Assembly (NCBI GenBank): GCA_965644295.1
Contig: CBFFRP010000350.1
Location: forward strand, 1 to 33,803
Length of the DNA stretch: 33,803 nt
Reading direction: 5' to 3'
DNA from: Paraphysomonas bandaiensis
Taxonomy: Eukaryota > Protista > Chrysophyceae
Positions 21,608 through 33,803 of this stretch are shown piece after piece. Positions within the stretch are counted from its first letter, which is position 1. Every line of letters starts with the position of its first letter. Under the pieces are notes generated by a model. It did not search any database and had not been told where the DNA came from. It saw nothing but the letters and a program-made list of their open reading frames with translations. The translations under genes and the position numbers were made by a program.

Positions 21608-21747
21608 ACATGTGCGAACAAGCCACCCCCACTGGCTCTATTGGACACACTGTGCGCATCAACAACAACAAGAGAAACGATCACATTGATAAGGCCATAC
21701 TCATATTTTGTACTGAATTGGACGCAGTTTACTGCGATCGCATTATC

Positions 21748-22379
21748 ATGGATATCGAGAAAGTGACTCCTCCTAAGCTAAAAACATACTCCACATGCTT
21801 TCAAAATTTAAGATGGGGACGAATGGGAAATATGTACTTGTTGTTAGATAAGAATAATAGTCTCCTTGTGTCGGTGGGGCCGCATTGGCCTGGGGTAGTT
21901 TTTACCAGTGCAGTTATAGTAATTGCTGCCTATGTTAATGTTTTGGTCATAAGAAATCTTCGAAACCCAGAGTTGACCACATCCTTGATTATTTTTGTTG
22001 CAATCGACAGTATATTGGCGGAATTATTTTTATTTCTTACTGCCTTATCTGATCCTGGGTTGCATCTACCGACAGAAAATAGCGCTGATGAGTCAGAGTC
22101 GTTATGTGGCGAAAGCCAAAGTTTCCCGTATTGTGACGTGTGTGCGATATACCAACCTCTTGGGACCTGCCACTGTACATTATGCAACTGCTGCATTCAG
22201 AAGCTGGACCATCATTGTCCGTGGATGGTAAGTGATACCCCATTCCCTAGCGTTGTTTGTCACAACAATTGTCGCAGGGAAAGTGTATCGGAAAGAAGAA
22301 CATGTTGTGGTTTCAGTGCTTTATAGGAGTCGTTATCATCTACATGGTTGAACTATTAATTGTTGGATTGGTATTGTAG
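21748..22379 (+). CDS. short DHHC palmitoyl acyltransferase (193 aa, 2 exons)
   Basis: Exons 21748-22227 and 22278-22379. VGPHWP, two TM helices, SDPG, CDVC..QPLGTCHCTLCNCCIQKLDHHCPWM/GKCIGKKNMLWFQCF. Confidence 0.88.
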
Positions 22380-22894
22380 CAAAGCGTTGTACAGTCTAAT
22401 CATGTATATATACTGGATGGTGGGTCCCAATCTGGAGTGAAAAGAAGCTGTGGAATTGAAATTTCTGGTTTCAGGTCACAATATCTAAGAATGACTATGT
22501 CCGTGGTAGTTTAGTTTGTGTTGGTGTCTATGTTCCTGTTCTTAACAAGTCGTAGAACGTATTTTCAAGTTGCAATAGCGACGTATTATGTCTTATGTAT
22601 CACAGTAGGTATGGAGTTCTGAATACTGCCTAGCTCTTACTGTTGAAAAAGGAAAAGGTATAGGATAAATAACAATAAGCAGCATCGACTGTTATTGTGA
22701 TATGTGAGGTTAGAACAACAAAGAAATCGACTGTAAGATATATATCCGAATACTATTTCATTAGTATAAGGTATACATGAAAATGGAATGAAAAAGGTCA
22801 CGACTGAATTGAAAATTAGTACTCCGGGTGTATGTTGCCATCTTCTTACCCTTGCTTAGCTACTGGTAATCAATAATCTATGCAGTTTCCTGAC

Positions 22895-23140
22895 ACCATG
22901 TTGATTTTTAAAGCTTTATGTGTTTAATTATGTTTCTCTTGACTAGTGGTAGTTATTTTACAGAATTCGGGATCAATATAATCTAGTCAATTCGGTGTAA
23001 TTTCCTAGTCACACCAAAATTCCCTGTGTTTGAAAAACCTAGTCCCTTAAAAATTCATACTTTCAGTTTACAATGACTAGGTTGACTAGGTGTTATGGTA
23101 TTCACCTAGTCAGAAATAAATATTTTCACTCAAACATGGT
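22895..23140. mobile_element. MITE-like element with seven CTAGTC/GACTAG motifs
   Basis: Ends ACCATGTT...AACATGGT. The hexamer occurs at 22941, 22983, 23005, 23039, 23075, 23084 and 23106 in both orientations. No TSD seen. Confidence 0.45.
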
Positions 23141-23926
23141 AGCTTACTTTAGCCATCAAATAATAATTAATGAATGGAGAGATTGTATATATGCAATATG
23201 CCATTCATCACATTTCATATTCGCATTTCAATGAGAATTGGACAGTTTCTCGTGACCAAGTCCGATGCAGTTCCACAGCTTCCAATGGGCCATGACTTTG
23301 GTGGGTTCATAGTTGATGAGGGATCTTGTTGCATTGAGGCCGGCAGCGTGTCCGTGTAGGCTTGATGGAACTCGACATGTGTTTCACATCAATGTCCCCA
23401 GAAAACGTAATGTATTTCTCAATCATAAAGCATACTAAAGATCACGTCTCAAACATGCACTGCTTGTGGGAACAGTGATGGGATTATCCTTCATGTCAAC
23501 TTAATATTCTTGTGCTCTGAATCGCATCGAGTGTCACCAGACATGTGGTTAGCTGATATGGCATGTAGTAATAAAAGCCTTTATTCCACATCAGTATGAA
23601 ATATCGAGTAGTCCATGCTTGTAAGTCAGCAATATCAGTAGCGGTCACTGTCAAAGTCAAGAGAAAAGATACTGTGGACTCCTATGTCGCAGATAACAAG
23701 ATCTGGACAGCATTGTTTGGTGTGTGGGTGGAAGGAAGATATGCTGCACATTACAGGACATTTTTATCTCATTTTCGCACAATTTCCCTGTTTTTCAGTG
23801 TTTTTCTTGACGGAGTAAGAAAAACTATTCGTTTTCATGATGATTCAGACCACACTCTAACTTTCCAACTGTGAAAAGCGAAGATTTGAATTTCTAGTTG
23901 TTTGCTACAATATAAATGAACGCAGT

Positions 23927-23961
23927 AACACACATACATACACACACATATATATATATAT
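23927..23961. repeat. compound (CA/TA) microsatellite
   Basis: ACACACATACATACACACACATATATATATATAT upstream of the large ORF. Confidence 0.7.
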
Positions 23962-24042
23962 GCTGCTGTGATATGATAGCCCTTCAATTGAACCCAGCCT
24001 ACACTTGAAGATAAACGTCGTCTCTCAGCTGTATCATTCCGT

Positions 24043-27000
24043 ATGTCGGACGCAGAGGCGGATGATCAACAGGAGAATGAGGGGTTTAACTTCACAGCTG
24101 ATTCACTGGCAGATGCTTGTCACAGCAGAGGGAGCCCTTCATCAGATGTTTCGAATCTATCAGACAGTAACAGCGGGATGGGTGATGACTCTATGAGTGA
24201 TTTAGGAGACAGCCCTGCCCCTGATAGCCCCAGAGATCGTATCATTCAACAGAGTTCAGACAGCAGAGGGACAGATAGTGATGTGGCTGCGGAACATGAG
24301 AATAATGAAGATAGTTCCTTATACAGTAATTCGAATAGAAATAGTCGAGATAATTCGAGTTCTGGAAGTTTAGCTATGAGTGATGCTGATGCGGACAGTA
24401 CTGCTGGAGTTGTGTCTGGTGTACAGAAGAGCGTTGACAATGTGCCAGATACTTTACGAGAGGGGAAGTCGCCGTTATCTGAAGAAAACATTGCACTATC
24501 GCCAAATGCGGAGGAATCTCAGCACCATCCTGATTCATGTGATGTCGACGCATTAGAAACACACGATCCTCCTGTTATCGTTATGTCTTCTGTAAAGGTC
24601 GATCCTCTGGATACGGAGGATATTCAAGAGCCTGTATTCGATAGTGCCAACCCCGCGCTGAATATTACGCAAGATACAGAGAAACCTCCAGAGTTTGCTG
24701 GATCTCTCACTCATTCTTTGACCAGTATGCCACGTCAGGAAGCTCCAGCTCCCACAGAATACCCTGACTGTCCCCCACCACCTCTCGACGAGAGGTATTT
24801 GAACTCCCCCGCTGATCCTTCGCATGTCTGCGACAGAATGACAAATGATGTCCCCAGTACCACTACTTTTGACAACCCTGACCAATCCATACCTTCCATT
24901 CCACAGCTTGATACAGAGGCCTCGTGGGGTGAAGAGGGTGGTCCCGAAACTGGACGCATAGATACTAATAGGGGCCAGTCCGATGCGTTCAGCCCTGGCC
25001 CCACCTCCGATCATGATGAATGCACTACAACCTATGACAAGAAGGGTGCCAGTACTGTGGAAGTTAAAACTCATGCAGAAACACTGCAGCTTACACTAGA
25101 CGAATCGGACGAGGAGGAAGATCTTCGCGTTCTTCGCAAGCGAAGACAGCAGGCTTCGATGCACGCTTTTGGGGTAGAGTCGGAATTGGAAGATAAGGAA
25201 ATCGAAACAGGACGGGTATCAGAATGCTCTGTAGAGGGCCACTCCGCTCCAGTCGGAAAAGCTGCAGCAGAATCCGAATATATAGCCCAGGATTCGTCGT
25301 TTGCAGATCGAGAAGCTCGAGTGAGAGATGTTCAACTCGATTGGGGTTCGTATAGGTCTTCCTATGAACAGAAAGAATACGATCTGTGGAGTAAGCGATG
25401 GCCGGAGGATTCACAGCCAAAGGATTCTAAGATAAACGTGGCATTCGGCCGAACATCTGGAGAGAAAGACACCATCATGGCTCATACAGGTGGGGCGAGC
25501 GCTGGTTTGAAACTTAAGAGACCCGTCGGTACTCGCCTGGGGTATGATACAAGAAAGGAACAAAGTGATTCGAAATGTGTATTGCCTCCAAGAAAAGATC
25601 GACGACAGTGGAACACATGTGACGGACGACAACCGTCTGCACGAGTTGCGACTATTGTGCCAGGCAATAGGAAGAATATTAGTAAGCGTGCTAACCAGAC
25701 AGCCACGATATCTCGCACCTCACAATTAGAACGCAGCGATAAAAATAATATTCTAAGTCAGTCAATGGGTGTGAGTAATTCGAAATGTGAGGTAAAGGTA
25801 AGGAGGCCAGAACATCCCCGACCGTGGGGTAGTGGTATACCGAGAGCGCAATCTACTGAGAAAACACCGCGAGTGGAGAATAGGAGACCCGCTAGTGCTC
25901 CGAGACTGCATAGCAGTCGTTCAGAGAAGCGTACCACAACGGAAAATTTTGCTCCACGCCAAGAGGGCGCTGTAGAAACTGATAGAATACCGAAAGATGA
26001 TGACGCCACAGCAGGTGAGGAGTGCTTGTCAGCTCCCGCGAAGGCTCTACAGACTCGCTTGAGACAACAGCGGCGTAGTTTACCCACTTGTAATCGTGCC
26101 GACGAAGCCACTTTGGATAGTTCACTAGATCACAAAGTTCGAGTTCTTACGGAAAAAGTTAAGGTAAGATTTGTCTTGTGTCCTGGAGAAATAGTAATTG
26201 TACTGAGTAGAGTTTAACTGCGTCAAATGCTGATATCACAGAGAGTATTCAACAGGTAATCCCTTTCTGATTTTTGCGCCGCTTGTCTAATATAATTATG
26301 TGTAGTTAAGTGATGTAGTTTGCAATGAAGTCGGTTCGATGGAGGAAGCTGTATTGAATCAAGTACATGTCATTAAAGAGAATGTGCGAGACTTGGACAG
26401 AAAACAATTGTTGACGAGGAATGCTGTTATACAGTTACAAGAGAAACATTCCATGGTGGACACCAAACTGAGGTCATCTCTTCGTCAGTTCCGCATGGAG
26501 GAAGAGATGCGGGTGGCAAGCTATGTTCGCCGATCTCTCGACAAAAACAAGGCAAATACAGTTGCCTACCGAACCGCCCCAATAAGAGCAAACGAGATAT
26601 GTGAAAGCGGCATACTACGACAGAAGATTCCCAACTATGATCACGTAAAGCCGAAGGTGGATTGCAGGAGGCATAAAGTTGATATAACTGAAGCAAGACA
26701 GACTGTGCGGTCATGCTCCCGGGGTGTACAAGTGAACGACAGTATTGACGAATGGCAGGATCAGGACTATACTGGGGGTGGGGAGAGATCCGACGACCCT
26801 GAAAGCGTTGCGGATTTTAGTGGTGTTAACAGTGGATCGGCAGTGTGTCCTGAAGACGGAAGTGATGACAATGATTTATCCGCCATGACCACATCAATAG
26901 ATGGCAATGAAACTTATGACAGCGATAAGGCCGTATTAGACTCCTCACGCAGGAGCAATACGGTGTTCTCTCCGTATGTATCACATCATGTAGAATCCGC

Positions 27001-27593
27001 TACTATATGTTCAGATTCGCCAAGTAGAAACGTGTGTGTTCCTGTACCGGTTAAGACTTCTAGTTATCCTAGGGAGAGTGTACCAAATGTGGAACCTTCT
27101 TGTTGCCATAAGCCGAAAGGTGCTGGACATAAAGAAGATCAAGAATCCCGTCGGGTGATTACTACCGATAAGAAAAGTTGTATAGAGACACACCCCGACA
27201 AACCATATATCGAGAGGTGGGTTTATATATCGAACAGATTAAATCATATATCGTTATCTCTATGCTTACAGGCACAGGTGGGATTTAACTCTCAGAGATG
27301 GGGGTGTATCGAAGTGTGATGATGTTCGTGACGTGGGCTTCAGTGACAAGTTGGCACGAAGGAGGAGTCTATTTGAGAAAAAGCAGCGGCTGCAGCTGTT
27401 ATCTCATAGCTACCAACGACAGGTGACTGAGAGCCCTAGTCTGGTTTCTACGCCTGTGCCAACAATAGTGCAATCAGTAAGTGACTCCAAAAAATTAAAC
27501 GCGACATCAGATTGGTGGACTGATTTGATGCTACGGAAAGCTGAAGCAGAGAGACGAGGTTTTGAATCGCACATGAGAGTAATGAAATCGTGA
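24043..27593 (+). CDS. large, mostly disordered Asp/Ser/Glu-rich protein with a central coiled coil; function unknown
   Basis: Long first exon 24043-~26163, GT-AG introns near 26164, 26255 and ~27217, last exon ending at TGA 27593. No recognisable domain. Confidence 0.7.
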
Positions 27594-28217
27594 TCTCCGC
27601 GGTTAAGACAACTTTGTAGATTTGACACATTGTATATAGTTTATATGTCAGTAGATTTTATTACCGTCAAATATTGGAGATGATGTGAATTTTGCCCCCG
27701 CTGAAATAGCACATTGCTCCTTACGGTATAATTTATCAATCAATTTATCTCTGGCAACAAAAAGATGATTTGTCTGTTGTTCTGCACACACCTCGCAACT
27801 ATACTATTCTGTGTATTATTCTGCCTACAGTTGTAAATACTTATTATCTGCTGCTTCAGTTCGCCACATTTAGACATTCAGTGATCGAGGTTTGGGCAGG
27901 ATCTTGTTCTCCTACCACACTTACAAGCGAAAGTATTCGCCGTTACTATTCTATGTGCTATGTGCACTGCTAGAATAAAAAAGTGATACTACTTCCCGTA
28001 TACTTCATTGATGCATTGTGTACACAATATAATCTCTTCTCAAAATTGAACAGTATGATAAGTAGGTGGTAGGGTAGGTGGTTGTACGGTTGTACTTTCC
28101 TACAAACTACCAAAGGACCATAACTAGATAACTAGTACGTATTTTCAAAATATATCCTATTTTATTAATGAATAATAATTTTTTTAAAGTAGTGAAAATG
28201 AAATAATCACGAGCAAT

Positions 28218-29039
28218 TTATGTATCACCGTCAGGGTATACCATTTTGGTAGACACTCCACCATCAACAACGAACTCCTGCCCAGTAATGAATCCAGACC
28301 GCTCAGATTCGGCTAGAAAAGAGCACAGTTCTGCAACATCTTTAGGCAATCCAACTCTTCCCACAGAATGCCACATATTATCTGCGTCAGATATTGGATA
28401 TCCACCGGTATCGATCCAGCCTGGGAGAACACAGTTAACACGTATCCGCTGAGTGCTTAATGAGGTCGCCATTGCATGGGTTAGTCCACATAGTCCGGCT
28501 TTTGAAGCTGCATACGCTTCACAGTTTGGCTCGCTCTGTCGTGCACGTGTACTTGATATGTGTATGACAGAAGAGTCGTTGATCATATACGGGAGACATA
28601 TTTCTGAGACAATGAAGGCACCAGTTAAATTCACATCTATACAACGGCGCCACGATGCCACTCTCTCTGACGCAGTAGTAGCAGTTAATGTTGGATCCGA
28701 AATCGCCGCATTATTTACTAGCACATGAATGTGTTCACTGGACAGTGCAGTCAAAATGTTTCTTATTGCAGTCTCGACAGACTCCGTTGACGATATATCA
28801 GCCTTCGCAAAAGCAAAACGGTTACCGTTTATGTCTGACTGCAAGTCATCTGAATCAACAACATCAGTGTGGTCAATTCCACCAACTTTAAATCCTGATG
28901 ACAGAAACTTATGTACAATGGACCTCCCTATCCCCTGCGGCAGAGACACTCCTGCATATATATACATACACGGGCTCAGCGCTGATCACTCATACACAAT
29001 ACACAAACCTGTTACGATAGCTAGTTTGGATGTGGCCAT
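28218..29039 (-). CDS. classical short-chain dehydrogenase/reductase (2 exons)
   Basis: MATSKLAIVTG/VSLPQGIG, with an intron at ~29008-28953. Motifs LVNNAA, ISSTRA..SEPNCEAYAASKAGL (YxxxK), IRVNCVLPGWIDT, FITGQEFVVDGG. Confidence 0.92.
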
Positions 29040-29580
29040 TTGATATCCTGTAATATGATCGGATCAAGAGTTAGTCGATTCTGACACGTAGGAATCTTGA
29101 AAGCATTGCACTGATGCCACATGAGCTGCGCTTGTAGGTGATCTAAAGAGCGAGCAGATCCATAGTCACACATCATAGCATCAAATACAGTATTGTATAC
29201 CGTGTAATACTGAAAGAACTCCAGCATATAGATCTGTGTCGTATGCACTGCTTATTGGAGAAGGAAATTCAACATACGGCCGAATACACGTACGCAGTGC
29301 GGCGGATCCGTCATCAACACCTTCCCATCCCTAAAATCTTCTACACAACAGTCCATATAAAAAAATGTGCTTGAACATCCTATACACTGTCCCGTAGATG
29401 TATACAGCAGTATCCGCATTCCTCTTCACTAACACACATGATTACAAGTCATTACCAGTGATACACACAAGCTGATCAGGTTGTTCATTGAAGCAGCGCG
29501 CTAACACTATTATTTTATAAAATTAATATCTAGTTATATATCTATTTGTGATAGTCGTCGCAGTGTATTAGTTTTGCAGT

Positions 29581-31279
29581 ATGTCAGATAGAGATGCGGC
29601 CACTATGCGTGTCATTGAGGAGCTTAAAAGAATATATAAATCTAAAATAATGCCACTTGAAAAGCTTTATCAATACGATATATTTCACTCTCCGATACTG
29701 AGTGATGCAGAGTTTGATTCCAAGCCTCAAGTTATGTTAATTGGACAGTACAGCGTTGGAAAAACATCTGTAAGTGTTACTATACTAATTATCACATGTC
29801 ATTTGATGATTCCTTTCAGTTCATTCGCTACTTGCTTGGAAAAGACTTTCCTGGTGTTCGTATTGGTCCAGAGCCTACAACTGATAGGTTTGTTGCTGTT
29901 ATGGATGGTCCTGACGAGAGAATTATTCCCGGAAATGCCCTCGCGATATCGAATGATTTACCTTATCGTGGACTCGAACAATTTGGTGTGGCTTTCTTGA
30001 ATCGTTTTGAAGGTTCACAATTACCTTCTCAAGTCCTAAGAAACATCACGCTCATCGATACACCTGGAGTTTTATCTGGTGAGAAGCAGAGGGTGTCCCG
30101 GGGGTATGACTTTCAACATGTCTGCGCATGGTTTGCCAGTCGTGCGGATTTGATTCTCCTACTATTTGATGCCCACAAGTTAGACATATCTGATGAATTC
30201 CGGGGGGTGATAGAATGCTTGAAGGGAAATGATGACAAAATTCGATGTATTCTAAACAAAGCTGATCAGGTAACCAGCGATTGCGCCCATGCATGATATG
30301 TACTAATTGGCGATTTAGGTTGATAGACAAAAATTAATGCGTGTTTATGGTGCATTGATGTGGTCGATGGGAAAAGTTATGAGAACTCCGGAAGTATTAC
30401 GTGTCTACGTGGGGTCTTTCTGGTCCGAGCCATTGATGTACAATGATAATGCTGAACTCTTCGAAATGGAGGAAGCTGATTTAATGAGAGATTTGCGCAG
30501 CCTTCCTAGAAATAGTGCCGTCCGAAAAATTAATGAACTTGTGAAAAGGGTTCGGATTGCGAAGGTCCATGCCTACATCATTGGGTACTTGAAAGAGCAA
30601 ATGCCAATGTTTATGGGTAAGGAGAGTAAGCAAAAGAAGGTGTGAATGATTACGTTGTCACAATTTAGTGTATTAATTTCTTTTACAGTTGTGTGCTGAA
30701 CTTCCTCAAGTGTTTCGAACTGTAATGAAGAGGCATAATCTTGCTCCAGGGGACTTTCCGGATATCAAAGATTTCAAATCTAAACTAGAAGAGCAAGACT
30801 TCACCAAGTTTGCGACCTTGAAGCCACAGCTAATTGAAGCCGCAGATATGACCCTTGCGTCCGATATTCCAAGGCTTATGGAAGCGTTGCCGAGGTCGAT
30901 CGACCCTGCAGTTGATATTAAGTTGATTACACCTACTTTTGTCGATGAAACGAAAGAAGTGGTGGAGTCCAATCCATTCGACGAAGAAGGCGATACCACG
31001 TGGTGTATGGAACAGTTTGTTCCCGAATATAAGCCACTTTTCGAGGAGCACCAGGTAGATGGATTTGTGTCAGGGAAAGCAGCCAAACAAATTCTAACAG
31101 CATCAAATATGGAAGTGGGGACTCTACGAAAAATATGGGATTTATCAGATATCGACAAGGATGGGCGACTGGACTTACAGGAGTTTGTAATTGCAATGTT
31201 CTTGACTGCACGTGTGAAGGAGGGCGACGAGCTTCCAGCAACCCTAGATCCTGATATGGTACCTGTTGAGAAAAGGTGA
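29581..31279 (+). CDS. EHD: EH-domain-containing dynamin-like ATPase (EHD/RME-1 family), 4 exons
   Basis: Exons 29581-29769, 29820-30269, 30319-30639, 30689-31279. Motifs GQYSVGKT, GPEPTTDRF, IDTPG, NKAD, and C-terminal EH domain LRKIWDLSDIDKDGRLDLQEFVIAM. Confidence 0.96.
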
Positions 31280-31808
31280 ACACGATATCATTATGAATAC
31301 TTCTTTTTGCCGGTATTTATAAATTACCACTCGGTTTAGTAGTAGCTAATGATCTTTCTGTTGACCACGTTTCAGCGTAGTTTTTAACTAGGCTTTTGTT
31401 ACGCCGATCTGTGGCGATGGTAATTCTGTTGCGCAAGGAACTAATAAAAGATTATTGTTTTGAGACTTCACTTTTGACTTGCTATGCGCTTTACATGCTT
31501 CGTGAGCAGTAATTATGTAACAATCAAGTAATCCTTAATTGAGAAATAGTTGTGATTCATAATACACAACATACATACGTTATACATTCATAATAAAAAT
31601 TACTAACGCTGCATACGATATATAAACATGCGACAATAATTGTCAATAGCTTTTACATATCTCATGGCAACAATTTTTCGAAGTAAGATATTAAGTCGTA
31701 CTATTCGGCAATGCTAATGCTTGATCAACATAAAGTTCATACTAATCCACATATTTCATATAATTAATACGTTAAACATAAATTCAGTCTGAAAAATACA
31801 CAAAATAG

Positions 31809-32225
31809 CTACAGTTTTTCTCGCCCAAGCACCGACCTCTTGTAAGCTAGTTGTTTTTGGATCAATTGTAATTCTGAATCAATTTTCTGTTTACGTTTGT
31901 TCAAAGTTGATGCAACATCAACACTTGTTTCGTCTGTTGTCATCATTGTCCTATCACGACCAGTAAATGTAGCACTGAAAGGCGGTGGAAAATGCGTGGC
32001 AGGTAGCCACAGTTCTGTGCTTGGAGGATCATTCGGCCCTGTACGCGGAGTGGCTTCTCCCATGATAGGATCTCGGGGTCTCCTCATAGTAGGTGCCTTT
32101 TCATGAAATTTATCACATGAGTTCCTTTCGCCGTTATATATTTCTTTTAGAAATTCTTGTTCCTGATAATTAAAAGTTTTGTGTCCATTGTTGAAACGCC
32201 TTTTCGGTTTAGGCTCCTTAGACAT
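31809..32225 (-). CDS. hypothetical 138-aa protein with C-terminal coiled coil
   Basis: Intronless ATG-TAG ORF with protein-like composition, divergent from prefoldin 3. No family recognised. Confidence 0.6.
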   Translation of the reverse strand: MSKEPKPKRRFNNGHKTFNYQEQEFLKEIYNGERNSCDKFHEKAPTMRRPRDPIMGEATPRTGPNDPPSTELWLPATHFPPPFSATFTGRDRTMMTTDETSVDVASTLNKRKQKIDSELQLIQKQLAYKRSVLGREKL

Positions 32226-32693
32226 TGTGTTACAGTCTACCTAGGTCTCAAAGAGTTTCACTTGTCGTTGTATCTATGTGAATGAGTAGTGTAGGAGCAG
32301 TTAGATCTTGGTGCAGTAAAATAGGGCATGCTAGTGTGAATACACTGAGCTCTGCTGTATATTGCACACATATGGACTATATGGCAGTTTCGTTTCTCAC
32401 CGTTTTAATGTAGCCCGTTAATTCAATTACGGCCACATCTGAATATGTGACCATACCGTACACGTTCCATACCACTCCATGCAAGACAACAAGGAGTTCA
32501 AATGCATATACAGTATTGCGTACACCGTATACCAGTGCATTTATACCGTGCATAAGCATATGAGCACCCTACCACTGTACAAGCCCACTGGCACTGCTGT
32601 TGTGAAGTGCACGCAGAGCACCATATGAATAACTTGCAGCGCCGACATACAGCTCTAGTCTACTTGACCACATAACAATAATTGGCTAATTCC

Positions 32694-33462
32694 ATGTCAG
32701 AAGAAAGCAAAAGCTCTATGCAATCTGAGGTCGCAGCTGATGCGACTGGAGATGTGACTCTTTTACAGTTGATAACAGAGGGCAAGAACCCTCGCGGCAT
32801 TCCATCTGCTATATTCATTGTGAGTGTCTTATATGCAGTAATGATGAGTCCGCGTTATAATTTATATGTGTTTTGATAGGAAAATGTGGAGCAGTATCTT
32901 GGTGGTCACTCTGTTGAGTCGACACTTGGAGCCCTACAAGAACTATACAGTAAATATAAATACATGGAGCAGAGTTTTGAAAGGTCCAAAGGCGTATACA
33001 AGTCTAAAGTTCCGCTCACAGAACAAACTTTGGACCTTTTACGCACTCTAAAGAAACGGAAGGATGAGGAAGAGGAGTTAATTACACGTTATAGTCTTTG
33101 TGACACTCTTTTTGCAGAAGCGAAGGTGTGTCAGTTGCTCGCGGATTGAACATGGGTTTGATTTGATATGCAGGTTGATACATCTGAGTCCAAAGTGTAT
33201 CTCTGGATTGGAGCAAGTACTATGGTTGAGTACACATACGATGAAGGTATGAAAACTTGTGCTTTTTCGGTAGTTGTAATTTTTTATTTCAGGAATCGAA
33301 CTTTTGGAAACTCAGCTAAAGCAGTTTGCAGAGAAGATCAAGGAGTTAAACGAAGACCTCGACCATCTACGTACTAATTCGATCACCGTTGAGGTGAACA
33401 TGGCTAGATTATTTAATTACAACGTCAAAGTTAAGAAGCTGGCCCAAGCCTCTGCCAAGTAA
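32694..33462 (+). CDS. VBP1: prefoldin subunit 3 (4 exons)
   Basis: NPRGIPSAIFI/ENVEQY, LQELYSKYKYME, VYLWIGASTMVEYTYDE, ITVEVNMARLFNYNVK. Three GT-AG introns. Confidence 0.95.
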
Positions 33463-33576
33463 GACCTCCTTGTTCTGAGTAGAAAAAAGTATTTATTTTG
33501 TGATTGGTACTGTAATCCGTCATTCTTTAATAATATTTTTTTCAACCAAGATACCAATCCCAGATTATTATATCTT

Positions 33577-33803
33577 TCAGTAGTTTTCAGAAACAAAGAT
33601 CTTGTGAATATATTTTTCACCCACCTCACTGCATACAAGTAGCAAGCTATCTGAGCTTACTTTGTATTGCAGATAGTAGTCATCGTATTCCTGAATCGGA
33701 TATATAAATGTTAAAAAGCTTCGTTTCTGCTGAAGTCTGGACGGACTGTGTGATTTGAGTGGAGTGGGGTAGTGATTGTCCAATTATTAGCAATATAGGC
33801 GTG
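33577..33803 (-). CDS. possible 3' end of a gene running off the window
   Basis: Open frame ending at TGA 33577, convergent with prefoldin 3. No recognisable motif. Confidence 0.3.

Noticed and set aside
21610-21747. Longer DHHC N-terminus from ATG 21610
   Set aside because: It abuts the MITE end and leaves no room for a promoter. ATG 21748 is preferred, though the longer start is not excluded.
24246-26125. Many antisense and alternate-frame ORFs in the ORF track (here and over other genes)
   Set aside because: They are shadows of real coding sequence with no motifs.
1235-31279. Functional cluster of membrane-trafficking genes (CapZ, PH, DENN, Vps4-like, DHHC, EHD)
   Set aside because: These are common families interspersed with unrelated housekeeping genes. 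There is no evidence for co-regulation without synteny data.
1-33803. Stop-codon reassignment explaining fragmented ORFs
   Set aside because: Breaks in the recognised genes are resolved by short spliceosomal introns, and TAA, TAG and TGA all serve as terminators.

Overview
Gene-dense eukaryotic nuclear DNA, probably from a protist. A stramenopile is plausible but that is inference only. The genetic code is standard and most GT-AG introns are about 47-85 nt. About 15 protein-coding genes can be modelled, mostly in head-to-head pairs: Med21-like/CapZ alpha, PH protein/DENN protein, DUF1868 2H-phosphoesterase/SCI1-like protein, aldo-keto reductase/short DHHC, SDR/EHD, and unknown/prefoldin 3. 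Rpt6, a large disordered protein and an atypical Vps4-family AAA+ ATPase have no recognised partner. The strongest candidate for novelty is the Vps4-like ATPase: it lacks the MIT domain, starts with an N-myristoylation motif and carries a C-terminal multi-pass hydrophobic region. Also present are a ~150-bp MITE-like family inserted upstream of genes, a hAT-like element with a duplicated left end and GC-rich insert, a motif-rich MITE-like element, two intronless bacterial/viral-type enzyme genes, a recurrent upstream motif (TACAGCAG) and a decayed repeat-rich region at 8.4-10.3 kb. Exon boundaries were read by eye.
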